A stretch of 64,000 bases of DNA from an uncultured Elusimicrobia bacterium (GCA_903889965.1 CAISZM010000001.1:1389-65388); one strand, 5' to 3'. Positions 26,497-36,164 are shown, numbered from the stretch's first letter. Program-made: numbers and translations. The notes: generated by a model not told the origin, from the letters alone.

Positions 26497-27621
26497 ATGT
26501 TGAAGGTGATTTTATATAATGAGTGGATGCATTTTATCCCCAGCCCGCCTTTATCGGCCGGACGAGCCCCGCGTATATCGGCCGCAGCCAACTTAAGCGT
26601 ATACGGGACAGCGCACGCCGCGGTGGATTGCGCGTGCGTCGCGGTGGTTTTCAGTATTTTTTCCGGTGGGCAGGTGTCCGGCCAGGCTTTCGCCGGATTG
26701 TTCATCCTGTACAATGTGCTGGCGTTCGGATCGCAGCCGATCTTCGGATTCGCGGCGGACAGTTTCCGGGCGCCCCGTTTTGCGGCGGTCGGGGGCTGCG
26801 CCCTGGCGGCGGCCGCCGCCGGAATGGCCGCGTCTTTTCCGACCGCGGCGATCATCGCGGCCGGGCTCGGCAACGCCGCGTTCCATGTTGGCGGAGGAAC
26901 TATCGCTTTAAGTCTTGATCCCGGAAAAGCGGCGGCGCCCGGCATATACGTAGCCCCCGGCGCGCTTGGCGTTCTTGCCGGCACGCTGCTGGGCAGGCAC
27001 TGGAATTCAGCGGCCTGGCCGGTTATCGCGGCGCTGGGGCTGTTATGCGCGCTTATGCTGGGTGTAAGAACGCCCGCGGTAAATTACGGCCGGCGGGCGG
27101 CCGCGGAACCTCCCCGGTTTAAACTTATCCTGGTTTTGGCCCTTGTCGCCATATTCGGCCGCGCGCTGGCAGGCACGGCGCTGGTTTTCCCCTGGAAAAG
27201 CCATATGGAACTGCTGGTCGCGCTTACAGCGGCGACAGCGGCTGGTAAGGCTTTCGGCGGCGTGCTTGGGGATCTTTTCGGCTGGCTGAGGACTTCGGTC
27301 GCGGCGCTGCTGCTCTCTATTCCTTTCATCGTGTTCTTTCCGCATCTGGCTGTTCTCGCCATCTTCGGCGTGTTCTTATTCAATATCGCCATGCCTATAA
27401 CGCTTGCTTTGATCTCCGGGCTCCTGCCCGGGAATCCCGGGTTCGCCTTCGGCCTTACCTGCCTCGCCCTGCTCGCCGGCTCGCTGCCCTCGTTCAACGC
27501 CATATTGCTGCCGGTCCTGGGCGGAAAATGGATAGTGTTTTCGGTCGCGTGCCTGGCCGCGCTCTCGCTTTATGCAGCTTTGAAAAACTACGTGCCGGGA
27601 GAAATAAAATGCGTAAATTGA
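26497..27621 (+). CDS. Hypothetical polytopic membrane protein (about 10 TM)
   Basis: 374-aa ORF, Ala/Gly/Leu-rich with hydrophobic helices throughout. The start is uncertain. No family recognised. Confidence 0.45.
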   Translation: MLKVILYNEWMHFIPSPPLSAGRAPRISAAANLSVYGTAHAAVDCACVAVVFSIFSGGQVSGQAFAGLFILYNVLAFGSQPIFGFAADSFRAPRFAAVGGCALAAAAAGMAASFPTAAIIAAGLGNAAFHVGGGTIALSLDPGKAAAPGIYVAPGALGVLAGTLLGRHWNSAAWPVIAALGLLCALMLGVRTPAVNYGRRAAAEPPRFKLILVLALVAIFGRALAGTALVFPWKSHMELLVALTAATAAGKAFGGVLGDLFGWLRTSVAALLLSIPFIVFFPHLAVLAIFGVFLFNIAMPITLALISGLLPGNPGFAFGLTCLALLAGSLPSFNAILLPVLGGKWIVFSVACLAALSLYAALKNYVPGEIKCVN

Positions 27622-28025
27622 CCGTCTTGAAAGCCGCGGGTGTGTTTTTCTTGTTCGCCTCCTCGGGCCTGGTCTTCCCCGTGGCGGCCCGGGCCGATGT
27701 GTCGCCATGGCCGCGGCCCAGGGATAATAGTAAGGAGGCCCCTCCGCGGCCCGAGCCGGCCTATCCCGAGAAGGTCCCCGGGAGATACGTGATTAAGCTG
27801 ACGCGTTCCGCCTGGGACGTGGAACCCGCTCCTTCGCCCACGGTAGTTCCGGAGGTTTCAACCGTGGCGACGGTTGCGGCCGTCCCGGCGGCTCCGGAGA
27901 AGGAAGCGCCGGTCAATACACCGTCCTTTTCCGCCTACGCTGTAAACGGAGCGATAATACTGCTGGCGATAGCGGGTTCTTTCGCCATACTTGTTAAGAT
28001 CAGGCGAAAAAATGGCGGAAAATAG
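27609..28025 (+). CDS. Hypothetical secreted Pro-rich protein with C-terminal TM + basic tail
   Basis: Signal peptide MRKLTVLKAAGVFFLFASSGLVFPVAARA, a Pro-rich middle, and the C-terminus AIILLAIAGSFAILVKIRRKNGGK. It overlaps the upstream gene by 13 nt. Confidence 0.5.
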   Translation: MRKLTVLKAAGVFFLFASSGLVFPVAARADVSPWPRPRDNSKEAPPRPEPAYPEKVPGRYVIKLTRSAWDVEPAPSPTVVPEVSTVATVAAVPAAPEKEAPVNTPSFSAYAVNGAIILLAIAGSFAILVKIRRKNGGK

Positions 28026-28359
28026 CGCCCTTCTCCTGCCCGCCCTGGCGTTAACCATTTTTATCGAGACAGGGGTAGCCTGGCTGCTGGCTTACCGGCG
28101 GAAGACGGAAATAGCCGCGGTTATTTGCGTAAACGTCATCACCAACCCGGCGCTGAATTATTTTTTGCTGCTCAAAGGCGTATTTGGCGCAGCTCCGGCT
28201 ACTCTCCTGCTGGTTTTGTTTCTGGAAGCGGGGATAGTGTTCGTGGAATGGCTGCTCCTCTGGTTCGCGCTCAGGCGAGACCCTTTGAAAATACTTTTCC
28301 TTTCATTCGCTATGAACGCCTGTTCGTATCTTGCCGGCGTTATCCTCTTTTCGCGCTAA
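28012..28359 (+). CDS. Hypothetical small membrane protein (115 aa, about 4 TM)
   Basis: MAENSALLLPALALTIFIETGVAWLLAY... It overlaps the upstream gene by 14 nt and a strong terminator follows. Confidence 0.45.
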   Translation: MAENSALLLPALALTIFIETGVAWLLAYRRKTEIAAVICVNVITNPALNYFLLLKGVFGAAPATLLLVLFLEAGIVFVEWLLLWFALRRDPLKILFLSFAMNACSYLAGVILFSR

Positions 28360-28403
28360 GATAATTCCTGCCGGGTAAAAAAATATTATCCAGCCTTAAC
28401 CAT

Positions 28404-28437
28404 AAAAAAAGGCGCCCCGGTGGGGCGCCTTTTTTTA
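28404..28437. terminator. Bidirectional rho-independent terminator
   Basis: AAAAAAA, then GGCGCCCC with a 3-nt loop and GGGGCGCC, then TTTTTTT. It lies between convergent genes. Confidence 0.8.
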
Positions 28438-28453
28438 TGCGGCGGCAGCTGGG

Positions 28454-29095
28454 TCAGTGCAGAGGTATGTAGGTAACGCCGGCCTCGTACATGGAACCGT
28501 TCTCGCACGGTACCATATATGATTCCAGTACGGTATAGCCCTTGGCTTCGTAATTCAGTTTGGTGGTTTCCACCCAGAAGCGCATGGTCGCGCCGGTGTA
28601 GGCGTTGGCGTCATTGCTGATGGTCTCGGTTTTTATCGCCATGCCTTTGGAATCGTTGCGGAAATATTCAACCAGGCTGCCTCCGCCATCCAGGTCGGAG
28701 CGGCGTATCGCTACCATGCCCAGCCCCAGCAGCTTGAAAGTTATTTCCCTGGCGGGGGTGTTCTTGAAGAGTACGCTGTCGGCGCGGTAGCCGCCGGGGG
28801 TGTAGGTGTAGGTGATATGAAGACGGGAAAAACCGTGTCCGGTCCCGTCCTGGACCCAGACGTCGGTTACGGGTATGTTCATGCGCGCGAATTCGTTGAG
28901 GATGCCCGGCTCGGCGGCCTGGAGTTCCTCTATGGTCTTGAAGCCGGGTTCGTACATCAGCGCCTGCGTTCCGGCCTTGTCGGAAGACAGGACCGCCGGC
29001 GGGGCGCCCGCGGCGTTCTTAAAATTGTATTCGGCTGCCCCGGCGGAGGCCGAAGCGCAAATCACCGCGATGAGGGCGAGGAGTATCTTTTTCAT
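28454..29095 (-). CDS. Hypothetical periplasmic/secreted protein (213 aa)
   Basis: Signal peptide MKKILLALIAVICASASAGA. No family recognised. Confidence 0.5.
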   Translation of the reverse strand: MKKILLALIAVICASASAGAAEYNFKNAAGAPPAVLSSDKAGTQALMYEPGFKTIEELQAAEPGILNEFARMNIPVTDVWVQDGTGHGFSRLHITYTYTPGGYRADSVLFKNTPAREITFKLLGLGMVAIRRSDLDGGGSLVEYFRNDSKGMAIKTETISNDANAYTGATMRFWVETTKLNYEAKGYTVLESYMVPCENGSMYEAGVTYIPLH

Positions 29096-29309
29096 TTTTT
29101 CCTTTTTTGGGCGGCCATAACTGCGGCCTTACTGAAAGTTTAACAGAATGCGCGGATCCGCATAAGAGGCTTTCGGGCAGTTTACGACAGACTTAGGACC
29201 CAGATAAAAAGCCGGAGGGCCCAGTGGCGGGGCCTTTTTGTATTTTCGGGATGCTGAATATTAACTCCGTAAAATGTAAAATAGTCTTGACTCCCCGTTA
29301 ACCGCAACA

Positions 29310-30839
29310 GTGACAGGAGACCAGGTGAAATCAGACTTTATGGCGCCATCAGGAAGACCCGACCCCGTCATTATTGCCGGCGGTATGGGGGTGCGCATTT
29401 CCTGGTGGGGCATGTCACGGGTGGTTTCGGCGCTTGGCGGGCTGGGTGTGGTCTCCGGTACGGGGCTCGAGGTAGTGTACCCCCGGCTGCTGCAGGACGG
29501 GGACCGGGACGGCCACGTGCGCCGGGCCTTCGGCGAACTGGCCCGCCGCCAGCCTAACCTGGCCAGCCCGCTGCGCAAGCTTTTATCAAAATACTACATA
29601 GAGGGCGGCCGCCGGCCCGGCGAACCATATAAACCCGTGCCTATCTGCCGGCTTACCCGGGTAGATGGTTTCCAGGGAGCGGATTCCTTCTGGGAACTGT
29701 CCGGCGAGATGCAGGTGCTGGTGCTGGCGGCTAACTTCGCAGAAGTCTGGCTGGCTAAAGAGGGGCATAGCAAGCCTGTCGGCATAAATTTCCTGCGCAA
29801 GGTGGAGCGGCCGCTTCCCTGGGCTCTCTACGGGGCAATGCTGGCCGGGGCTGATTACGTTCTGACCGGGGCCGGCAGCCCGGACGAGCTGCCCGGGATG
29901 ATAGAGAAATTATCAAGGCACGAGCCCGCGGCCATGTCGCTTAAGATCTTCGGGGCGCGTTCCGATTCCGGCGGTTTTTACGCCCTTGCGCGGCCGCAGT
30001 CGCTCAATACCGGCGGCGCGGCGCTGCCTTCTCCTAAATTTATAGCCATCGTTTCCTCTTTCGGCCTGGCCAAAGAGCTTGCCGGCAAGCCCTCGACCAG
30101 GCCCTACGGTTTTATAGTTGAGGGTTCCGAGGCCGGAGGGCACAGCGCGTCCCCTGCCAAGGCCAGTTTCGACGGCGGCGGCCGCCGGACGCTGGTGTAC
30201 ACCGAGAAGGACCAGGCCGATATAGCGGCCATAGCCGGGCTCGGCCTGCCTTTCTGGCTGGCCGGGGCTTACGCCAGCCATGTGCGCCTGCGTTCGGCTT
30301 TATCCATGGGCGCGGCCGGCATACAGTTCGGGACCCTGGCCGCCCTTTCAGCGCAGTCCGGCCTGGCGCCCTGGCTGAAGTCCAAAGTTCTGAAGCTGCT
30401 GGCGGGGGGTAAACTGGAGATTTCGAACCTGATGGTTTCGCCCACGGGTTTCCCTTTCAAGGTGGCGCAGGTTCCCGGCACTATTTCCGACGAGGCGGTT
30501 TACCTGGCGCGGGAGCGCCGCTGCGACATAGGCCTGCTGCAGGTCAACTATCTTAAGCCCGGAGGGGAGCTTGGCTACCGCTGCCCGGCCGAGCCGGTGG
30601 CCGCTTTCATCGCCAAGGGCGGGCGGGCGCAGAACACGGAGGGCCGCGTATGCCTGTGCAACGCCCTGCTGGCAGCCGCCGGGCTTGCGCAGTCGCGCCC
30701 GGACGGCTACGTCGAGCCGCCTATAGTCACGCTGGGCGAGGACCTGGACTCCGCCAAGGACCTGGTGGCTAAGCTGCCCGCGGGGCAGGAAACCTACAGT
30801 ATAGTTCAAGCCCTGAAGCTGCTGCGCAAGTCCGCCTGA
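29310..30839 (+). CDS. Nitronate monooxygenase / NPD-like FMN-dependent oxidoreductase family protein
   Basis: PVIIAGGMGVRISWWGMSRVVSALGGLGVVSGTGL and FIVEGSEAGGH are typical of the 2-nitropropane dioxygenase-like TIM-barrel family. The start is ambiguous: GTG 29310, GTG 29325 after AGGAGA, or ATG 29340. Confidence 0.55.
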   Translation: MTGDQVKSDFMAPSGRPDPVIIAGGMGVRISWWGMSRVVSALGGLGVVSGTGLEVVYPRLLQDGDRDGHVRRAFGELARRQPNLASPLRKLLSKYYIEGGRRPGEPYKPVPICRLTRVDGFQGADSFWELSGEMQVLVLAANFAEVWLAKEGHSKPVGINFLRKVERPLPWALYGAMLAGADYVLTGAGSPDELPGMIEKLSRHEPAAMSLKIFGARSDSGGFYALARPQSLNTGGAALPSPKFIAIVSSFGLAKELAGKPSTRPYGFIVEGSEAGGHSASPAKASFDGGGRRTLVYTEKDQADIAAIAGLGLPFWLAGAYASHVRLRSALSMGAAGIQFGTLAALSAQSGLAPWLKSKVLKLLAGGKLEISNLMVSPTGFPFKVAQVPGTISDEAVYLARERRCDIGLLQVNYLKPGGELGYRCPAEPVAAFIAKGGRAQNTEGRVCLCNALLAAAGLAQSRPDGYVEPPIVTLGEDLDSAKDLVAKLPAGQETYSIVQALKLLRKSA

Positions 30840-30946
30840 TTTCTATAATTCCTTAATAAAAAAGCAAAGAAAGGCCCAGTAATAAAGGCCTTCCTTCCGT
30901 TCTGCCATCTGTACGGCGGGTTAAACTGCTGATTTAACCCGTAAGC

Positions 30947-31948
30947 TTAGCCTTTAAAGGCCATGACCGCGAGTTCGTAGGTGGCGGCGGAGATCAGGGC
31001 CGCCGCCGGTATGGTGATTATCCAGGCCCAGACTATCTGGCCGGCTATGCCCCATTTTACCGCGCGTATGCCTTTGAGCGTGCCGACGCCGACTATGGAA
31101 CCGGTGATCGTGTGCGTGGTGCTTATCGGCACGCCTATGGCCGAGGCGCCGAACAGCACCAGCGAGGCTCCGAGCTCGGCGCAGAAACCGTCCACCGGGC
31201 GCAGCTTCGAGAGCTTATTCCCCATGGTCTTTACTATACGCCAGCCGCCCGTCATGGTGCCCAACGCTATGGCCGCGTGGCAGGCCAGCACTATCCAGAG
31301 CGGGATATGGAATTCCTTACCCAGGTAGCCGGCGCTGAATAGAAGGCCGGCTATAATGCCCATCGTCTTCTGCGCGTCGTTGCCTCCGTGGCCAAGGCTG
31401 TAGGCCGCGGCCGACAGGAGCTGGCCTTTGCGGAACAGGTGGTCTACCTTCGCCGGGGTGGAGCGGGCGAAGAGGTTGTAGACTATCGCGCCGAAAGTAA
31501 GCCCCAGCAGCATTCCCACCACGGGAGAGATCACTATGAAGGCCAGGGTCTTCATTATGCCCTGCACTACCAGCGCGCTTGGGCCGGCTTTTACAAGCGC
31601 GGCGCCGATGAGGCCTCCCACCAGGGCGTGCGACGAACTGGAGGGGATGCCGAAATACCAGGTGGCGAGGTTCCAGGAGCAGGCGCCCATAAGCGTTCCG
31701 AATATAACGTAGCTGTCTACCTGAGCTATGTCGACTATCCCCTTGCCTATGGTGCCGGCCACGTGCAGGCCGAAGAAGGCGAAGGCGATGAAGTTGAAGA
31801 AAGCCGCCCAGAGCACCGCGTACCTGGGTGAAAGCACGCGGGTGGCCACTATAGTGGCTATGGAATTGGCGGCGTCGTGGAAGCCGTTCAGGAAGTCGAA
31901 CAGGAGCGCCAGTCCGACAAGGAAGATTATGGCTACGGTATTATCCAT
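30947..31948 (-). CDS. pit: Inorganic phosphate transporter, PiT (PHO4) family
   Basis: NGFHDAANSIATIVATRVLSP and GHGGNDAQKTMGIIAGLL, the duplicated PiT signature. 333 aa, polytopic. Confidence 0.9.
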   Translation of the reverse strand: MDNTVAIIFLVGLALLFDFLNGFHDAANSIATIVATRVLSPRYAVLWAAFFNFIAFAFFGLHVAGTIGKGIVDIAQVDSYVIFGTLMGACSWNLATWYFGIPSSSSHALVGGLIGAALVKAGPSALVVQGIMKTLAFIVISPVVGMLLGLTFGAIVYNLFARSTPAKVDHLFRKGQLLSAAAYSLGHGGNDAQKTMGIIAGLLFSAGYLGKEFHIPLWIVLACHAAIALGTMTGGWRIVKTMGNKLSKLRPVDGFCAELGASLVLFGASAIGVPISTTHTITGSIVGVGTLKGIRAVKWGIAGQIVWAWIITIPAAALISAATYELAVMAFKG

Positions 31949-32567
31949 GTTTCACCAGTATGGACTCGATTACTTTCGCCACGTGCTCGCAGTTATCCAG
32001 CGTCCCTTCGGCCACCTCGTACATCTCTTTCCACTTTATGACCATCATCGGGTCCTTCTCGGTCTCGAAAAGGCTGCTGATGGCTTTTTCGCGCAGCGCG
32101 TCGCCCAGGTTCTCCAGGCGGTTCACCTCTATGCAATGGTCAAGCACGCGGCGGGCTTTTTTCGTGTCGTGCATGTGCTTTACGGCGTTAGAAAGGGCGG
32201 CCGCGGACTGGTCTATCAGGTCGATGAACTGGGAAAAATACGTTTCGCCCGGGTCCAGTTTATAGAGCCTCATGCGGCTGGCCATCGCGTTAAGCAGGTC
32301 CAGGACGTCGTCGAGCTGGTTGGCCAGGGCGAAGATATCCTCACGGTCTATCGGGGTTATAAAGGTGCGGTTGAGCATGTCCGCGATCTCGTGCATGAGG
32401 GTGTCGCCTTCGTGTTCCAGGTCGTGCATCTTCCTGGCGGCGAGTTCGTTCATCACCCCGTCCTTGAGTACGGACTTGAAATATCCAGAGGCCTTCACAA
32501 GGTTCTCGGCCTGCAGGCTGAGGTAGTCGAAAAACTTCACTTCCTTGGGCATGAAATTAAGGGCCAT
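31941..32567 (-). CDS. PhoU-like phosphate transport regulator (DUF47 / TIGR00153 type)
   Basis: The 208-aa helical protein MALNFMPKEVKFFDYLSLQAENL... overlaps the pit start by 8 nt. DUF47-PiT is a classic pairing. Confidence 0.8.
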   Translation of the reverse strand: MALNFMPKEVKFFDYLSLQAENLVKASGYFKSVLKDGVMNELAARKMHDLEHEGDTLMHEIADMLNRTFITPIDREDIFALANQLDDVLDLLNAMASRMRLYKLDPGETYFSQFIDLIDQSAAALSNAVKHMHDTKKARRVLDHCIEVNRLENLGDALREKAISSLFETEKDPMMVIKWKEMYEVAEGTLDNCEHVAKVIESILVKHG

Positions 32568-32675
32568 AGTTTCCTCCTTCGCTCGTCTTGAGGATAGTTT
32601 AAGAAAAGCGCGTGAAGGCCGTTTAAAGCCCGTGTAAAATATATGTAAAGAGTTGCGGCGGGGAAACAGGGAGGG

Positions 32676-33893
32676 TCAGGTATTCGGTAATGTAAACCAG
32701 AAGGTGGAGCCGCGGCCTTCGGCGCTTTCGACGCCCGCGCTGCCGCCGTGCAGTTCTACAAGGTGCTTGACTATGGAAAGGCCGAGGCCGGTGCCGCCCA
32801 TTTCCCTGGAGCGGGCCTTGTCGACGCGGTAGAAACGCTCGAAGATCCTTGGCAGGTGCTCCGCCGGTATGCCGGCGCCCGTATCTTCCACTATAACTTT
32901 TACGCCGCCGCCTTCGGCCATGGCCGAGATGTTTATCTTCCCGCCTTCCCGGTTATATTTAGCGGCATTGTCCAGCAGGTTTATAAGTACCTGCGAAAGC
33001 TTGTCGCGGTCGGCGTACACCTTAAGCCCGGCAGGGACCTTATCCGATACGGAAACCCTCTTTTTGGCCAGCACTGACTCCAGGCTTCCTGCCGTTTCGT
33101 CCACGAGTTCCTTCAAGTCCAGGGCGGCCTTCTCTACGGCGGCGCGGCCCGACTCGGCGTACGAGATCTTCAGCAGGTCGTTAACTAAATTATCCAGGCG
33201 CATGGCCTGCTCGCATATGCTGCGGGCGAAGCCAGGGCCGTGTTCCCTGTCCTCCAGGGCGCCGTTAAGCAGCGTCTCGGCGCACCCTCTTATCGCCGTA
33301 AGCGGGGTTTTAAGTTCATGCGAGACATTGGCCACAAAATCACGCCGCATGGCCTCAAGCTTGCGCGGCCCGGTAATATCTCTCGCCACAAGCACGCAGC
33401 CGCGCACGGCGCCCTCCTCTACGATAGGCGAAGCGCTTACGCTTAAAACCGTGCCGGGGGAGGCCGGCGGTTCTATTTCCAGGAAAACGGGAGCGGCGCT
33501 CAAAAGGGCCTTTATGGCCGCGGAGGATAATTCGGGGCCGGCTGGCATGCCGGACAGGCGCATGCCCTCGGCGTTAAATCCGCGCGCGCCCATCAGTTCG
33601 CGTCCCCGCGGGTTGATGCGGGTTATTACACCCGAGCCGTCCGTGACCACTATTGCTTCGGACATGTCGCGGAAAGCCGCCTCAAGCTCAAGCCGCCGCA
33701 CTTCCGCTTCGCGCATTCTCGCGCTTATCTCTCCCGCCATGTAGTTGAGGGTCTCAGAAAGCTTTTTCAGCTCGCCGAAGGAACCGCCCGGGATGCGGTA
33801 GCCGAAATCCCCGGCGGCGAAGCGCTTTGAACCTTGTATTATCTCCCCGAACTGCCTTCCGACCAGCAATTGGAGGGCGGACAAAATATTCAT
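32676..33893 (-). CDS. phoR: PhoR-like sensor histidine kinase without TM region (partial HAMP-PAS-HisKA-HATPase)
   Basis: [18 protein letters not shown] (H-box) and [48 protein letters not shown]. The start overlaps the phoB-like stop by 4 nt. There is no hydrophobic N-terminus. Confidence 0.8.
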   Translation of the reverse strand: MNILSALQLLVGRQFGEIIQGSKRFAAGDFGYRIPGGSFGELKKLSETLNYMAGEISARMREAEVRRLELEAAFRDMSEAIVVTDGSGVITRINPRGRELMGARGFNAEGMRLSGMPAGPELSSAAIKALLSAAPVFLEIEPPASPGTVLSVSASPIVEEGAVRGCVLVARDITGPRKLEAMRRDFVANVSHELKTPLTAIRGCAETLLNGALEDREHGPGFARSICEQAMRLDNLVNDLLKISYAESGRAAVEKAALDLKELVDETAGSLESVLAKKRVSVSDKVPAGLKVYADRDKLSQVLINLLDNAAKYNREGGKINISAMAEGGGVKVIVEDTGAGIPAEHLPRIFERFYRVDKARSREMGGTGLGLSIVKHLVELHGGSAGVESAEGRGSTFWFTLPNT

Positions 33894-34585
33894 TTATTTT
33901 CCGGTTCGAACCTGTAGCCGTAGTTCTTCACGGTCACTATGCGGCGGCCTTCGGCGCCTATCTTTTTGCGCAATGTGCCGATGTGCACGTCCACGGTGCG
34001 GGTCTCTATCTCCATGGCGGCGTCCATCGCCCAGGCCCTTTCCAGCAGGGTTTCCCGCGACAGCACTTTACCTCCGGCGGCCATCAGCGCTTTTAAGAGC
34101 TCAAATTCGCGGGCAGTGAGGTCCGCGGGCTTTCCCTTAACGAGGGCCAGCACCCGCGCGCAGTCAAGTTCCAGGTTCCCGGCGCGGTAGACCTCCCGGA
34201 CTTCGGCCGCGGGCACAGCCCGGCGCAGCACGGCTTTTACCCGGGCCAGCAATTCTTTAACGCTGAAAGGCTTGGTTATGTAATCATCAGCGCCCACGCC
34301 GAGGCCTACCAGCTTGTCCGACTCTTCGCCTTTGGCGGTAAGCATAATTATAGGTATGGCCGCGGTCCTGGGATCAGTTTTTACGCGGCGGCAGACTTCC
34401 AGGCCGTCGAGGCCCGGCAACATCAGGTCGAGGAGGATCAGGCCGGGCAGCTCTTTAGCGGCCAGCGCGGGGGCCGCCGCCCCGTCATGGACCGCGGCCA
34501 CGCGGTAGCCCTCTTTTTTTAGGTTATATTCCAGCATCCTGGCGATATCCTTTTCATCCTCAACGATAAGTATTTTCTTTTCCAT
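33890..34585 (-). CDS. phoB: OmpR/PhoB-family response regulator
   Basis: ILIVEDEKDIARMLEYNLKKEGY, LILLDLMLPGLDG, IIMLTAKGEESD. Winged helix LTAREFELLKALM...RTVDVHIGTLRKKI...GYRF. Confidence 0.85.
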   Translation of the reverse strand: MEKKILIVEDEKDIARMLEYNLKKEGYRVAAVHDGAAAPALAAKELPGLILLDLMLPGLDGLEVCRRVKTDPRTAAIPIIMLTAKGEESDKLVGLGVGADDYITKPFSVKELLARVKAVLRRAVPAAEVREVYRAGNLELDCARVLALVKGKPADLTAREFELLKALMAAGGKVLSRETLLERAWAMDAAMEIETRTVDVHIGTLRKKIGAEGRRIVTVKNYGYRFEPENK

Positions 34586-34606
34586 AAAGGCCGGTCAGGT
34601 AATTAT

Positions 34607-34636
34607 TATGGCAAAAGGCCGGTTCACTTTGCCATA
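34607..34636. promoter_or_regulatory. Inverted repeat TATGGCAAA-N12-TTTGCCATA upstream of the phoB-like gene
   Basis: 9-bp perfect arms read directly. It lies 22-51 bp upstream of the ATG at 34585 (minus strand). Confidence 0.25.
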
Positions 34637-34694
34637 TCGAAACCTCCTGCAGCTATTTCTTTGCCGGCCTGGCGTGGCGTATTAGTTCAATAGC

Positions 34695-34725
34695 AATAAA
34701 AATGGGGACCAGAAGCGGTCCCCAT
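34695..34725 (-). terminator. Rho-independent terminator after the porin-like gene
   Basis: On the minus strand: ATGGGGACC, a 6-nt loop, GGTCCCCAT, then TTTTTATT. Confidence 0.7.
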
Positions 34726-34744
34726 TTCTTTCAATTGGCCGGGT

Positions 34745-35959
34745 TTACCACTTGACCATGGCCTTAAGTATCGGCCCGTAGTGCATGAGGTAGGGGAAAG
34801 GGTCCGCGCGGACGTGGGCGGTGTCCTTTTTACCCAGGATGTCCCCGCCGCCGAAGGAGAAGTCCACCTGGCCGCCGAAGTTGTAGCCGAGGCCCACTGA
34901 CAGCGTGGCGGCTTTAAGGTCGCCGCTCCACATGGCGCCCATGGTGACGTCGTAGTCTACGGCTATGGCGGTCAGCGACCGGTTGGAGATGGTCGTCCCG
35001 GGATTGTTTTCCGCCAGCCAATGGGCGGCGTCGGCGCTTATTTTCAGCGCGCCGGCGCCTATCTTGTCCTGCGAAGTGGCCCAGAAGCCGAAGCCTTTAG
35101 CGTCCGACATCGCGGCCGCGGCCAGGGTATCAAAGCCGAACATGGCGGTATATATCTTGTATTCCGCGTCGTCCTGGTAAACGGCATTCCCGTAAACGAT
35201 ATCGTTCCTGGAAGGGCTGTACAGTTCGGCGTTTACCTGCACCGGCATGGAGTATGAATTGTAGCCGAGGCCGTAATAGAAGCCGCCGATGGGGTTTTCC
35301 GGGCTGCCGACCACGCCTTTCTTGGGGCTGCTCCAGTAGAGCAGGTCTATGTTAGTGTATTTATTATCGAATTTCATGGTGGCGGGCATATCGCCGGGCC
35401 TTAGGCCCGTCCAGGTGGCTGTGCCGCGCAGTTTGCTGTTCTGCACCCGCAGCACGAACTTTTTGTAGCCGATGAAACCCATGAAGCGGTTCAGCTTGCC
35501 TACCATGTTATTGTCCACATCCGCGCTGGCGCCGACTTTCAGGCCGGTTTTATTGTGCCACAAGCTGCCCTCGTAAGTAGAGAGGGAAGACTGGTCGAAA
35601 TCCAGCGAAAGATAGTCGTGATACGAAACGAACTGGCCGGATTTCCAGGTATTGGTCGGCACGATGGCGAAGCCCAGCAGGGTCTGGACGGCGGGCGTTT
35701 TTGATCTCGGTTCCGGCTGTTCAAAGGGATTGGTCAGCTTTGCGGGGACCGGAGCCGGCGTCACGGCGGGCGCGGCGGGGGCCGGCACAGCAGCGGGTTC
35801 GGCTGCGGGGGCTTCGGCCGCGGGGGTCGCGGTTGCGGCAGGCGCGGCAGCGGCGTCCGCCGGGGTTACGGCGGAAGTCCTGCTCCTGAGATCCTGGGCG
35901 CCCGCCGGGAGCGTTGCGCAGGTGAACAGTAATGTCAGTATAACCGGAATGCTTTTCAT
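34745..35959 (-). CDS. Putative outer-membrane beta-barrel protein/porin with Ala/Pro-rich N-terminal linker
   Basis: ATG 35959 (MKSIPVILTLLFTCATLPAGA) follows AGGAG, although the ORF is open from 35986. An AAPAATATPAAEAPAAEPAAVPAPAAP linker is followed by a beta-rich body. The C-terminus is ...KAMVKW. Confidence 0.5.
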   Translation of the reverse strand: MKSIPVILTLLFTCATLPAGAQDLRSRTSAVTPADAAAAPAATATPAAEAPAAEPAAVPAPAAPAVTPAPVPAKLTNPFEQPEPRSKTPAVQTLLGFAIVPTNTWKSGQFVSYHDYLSLDFDQSSLSTYEGSLWHNKTGLKVGASADVDNNMVGKLNRFMGFIGYKKFVLRVQNSKLRGTATWTGLRPGDMPATMKFDNKYTNIDLLYWSSPKKGVVGSPENPIGGFYYGLGYNSYSMPVQVNAELYSPSRNDIVYGNAVYQDDAEYKIYTAMFGFDTLAAAAMSDAKGFGFWATSQDKIGAGALKISADAAHWLAENNPGTTISNRSLTAIAVDYDVTMGAMWSGDLKAATLSVGLGYNFGGQVDFSFGGGDILGKKDTAHVRADPFPYLMHYGPILKAMVKW

Positions 35960-36164
35960 GTGGTTTCTCCTGTAAGTTATAGTCAATTATACATAAACCG
36001 CCGGTCGCGCGGACCGAAATGGCCGCTAAAAGGGGCGCAAAGGCTTTATTTCCGGGCCGTAAACGTATCAAGCGGCTTTCGCCGCCGGCCTGGTCCGCGC
36101 GATCGGGCTTAGTTGCTATAATCTAACAGAAGCCCCGGGTTTTTATTGCCCGGGCGGGCGACGA

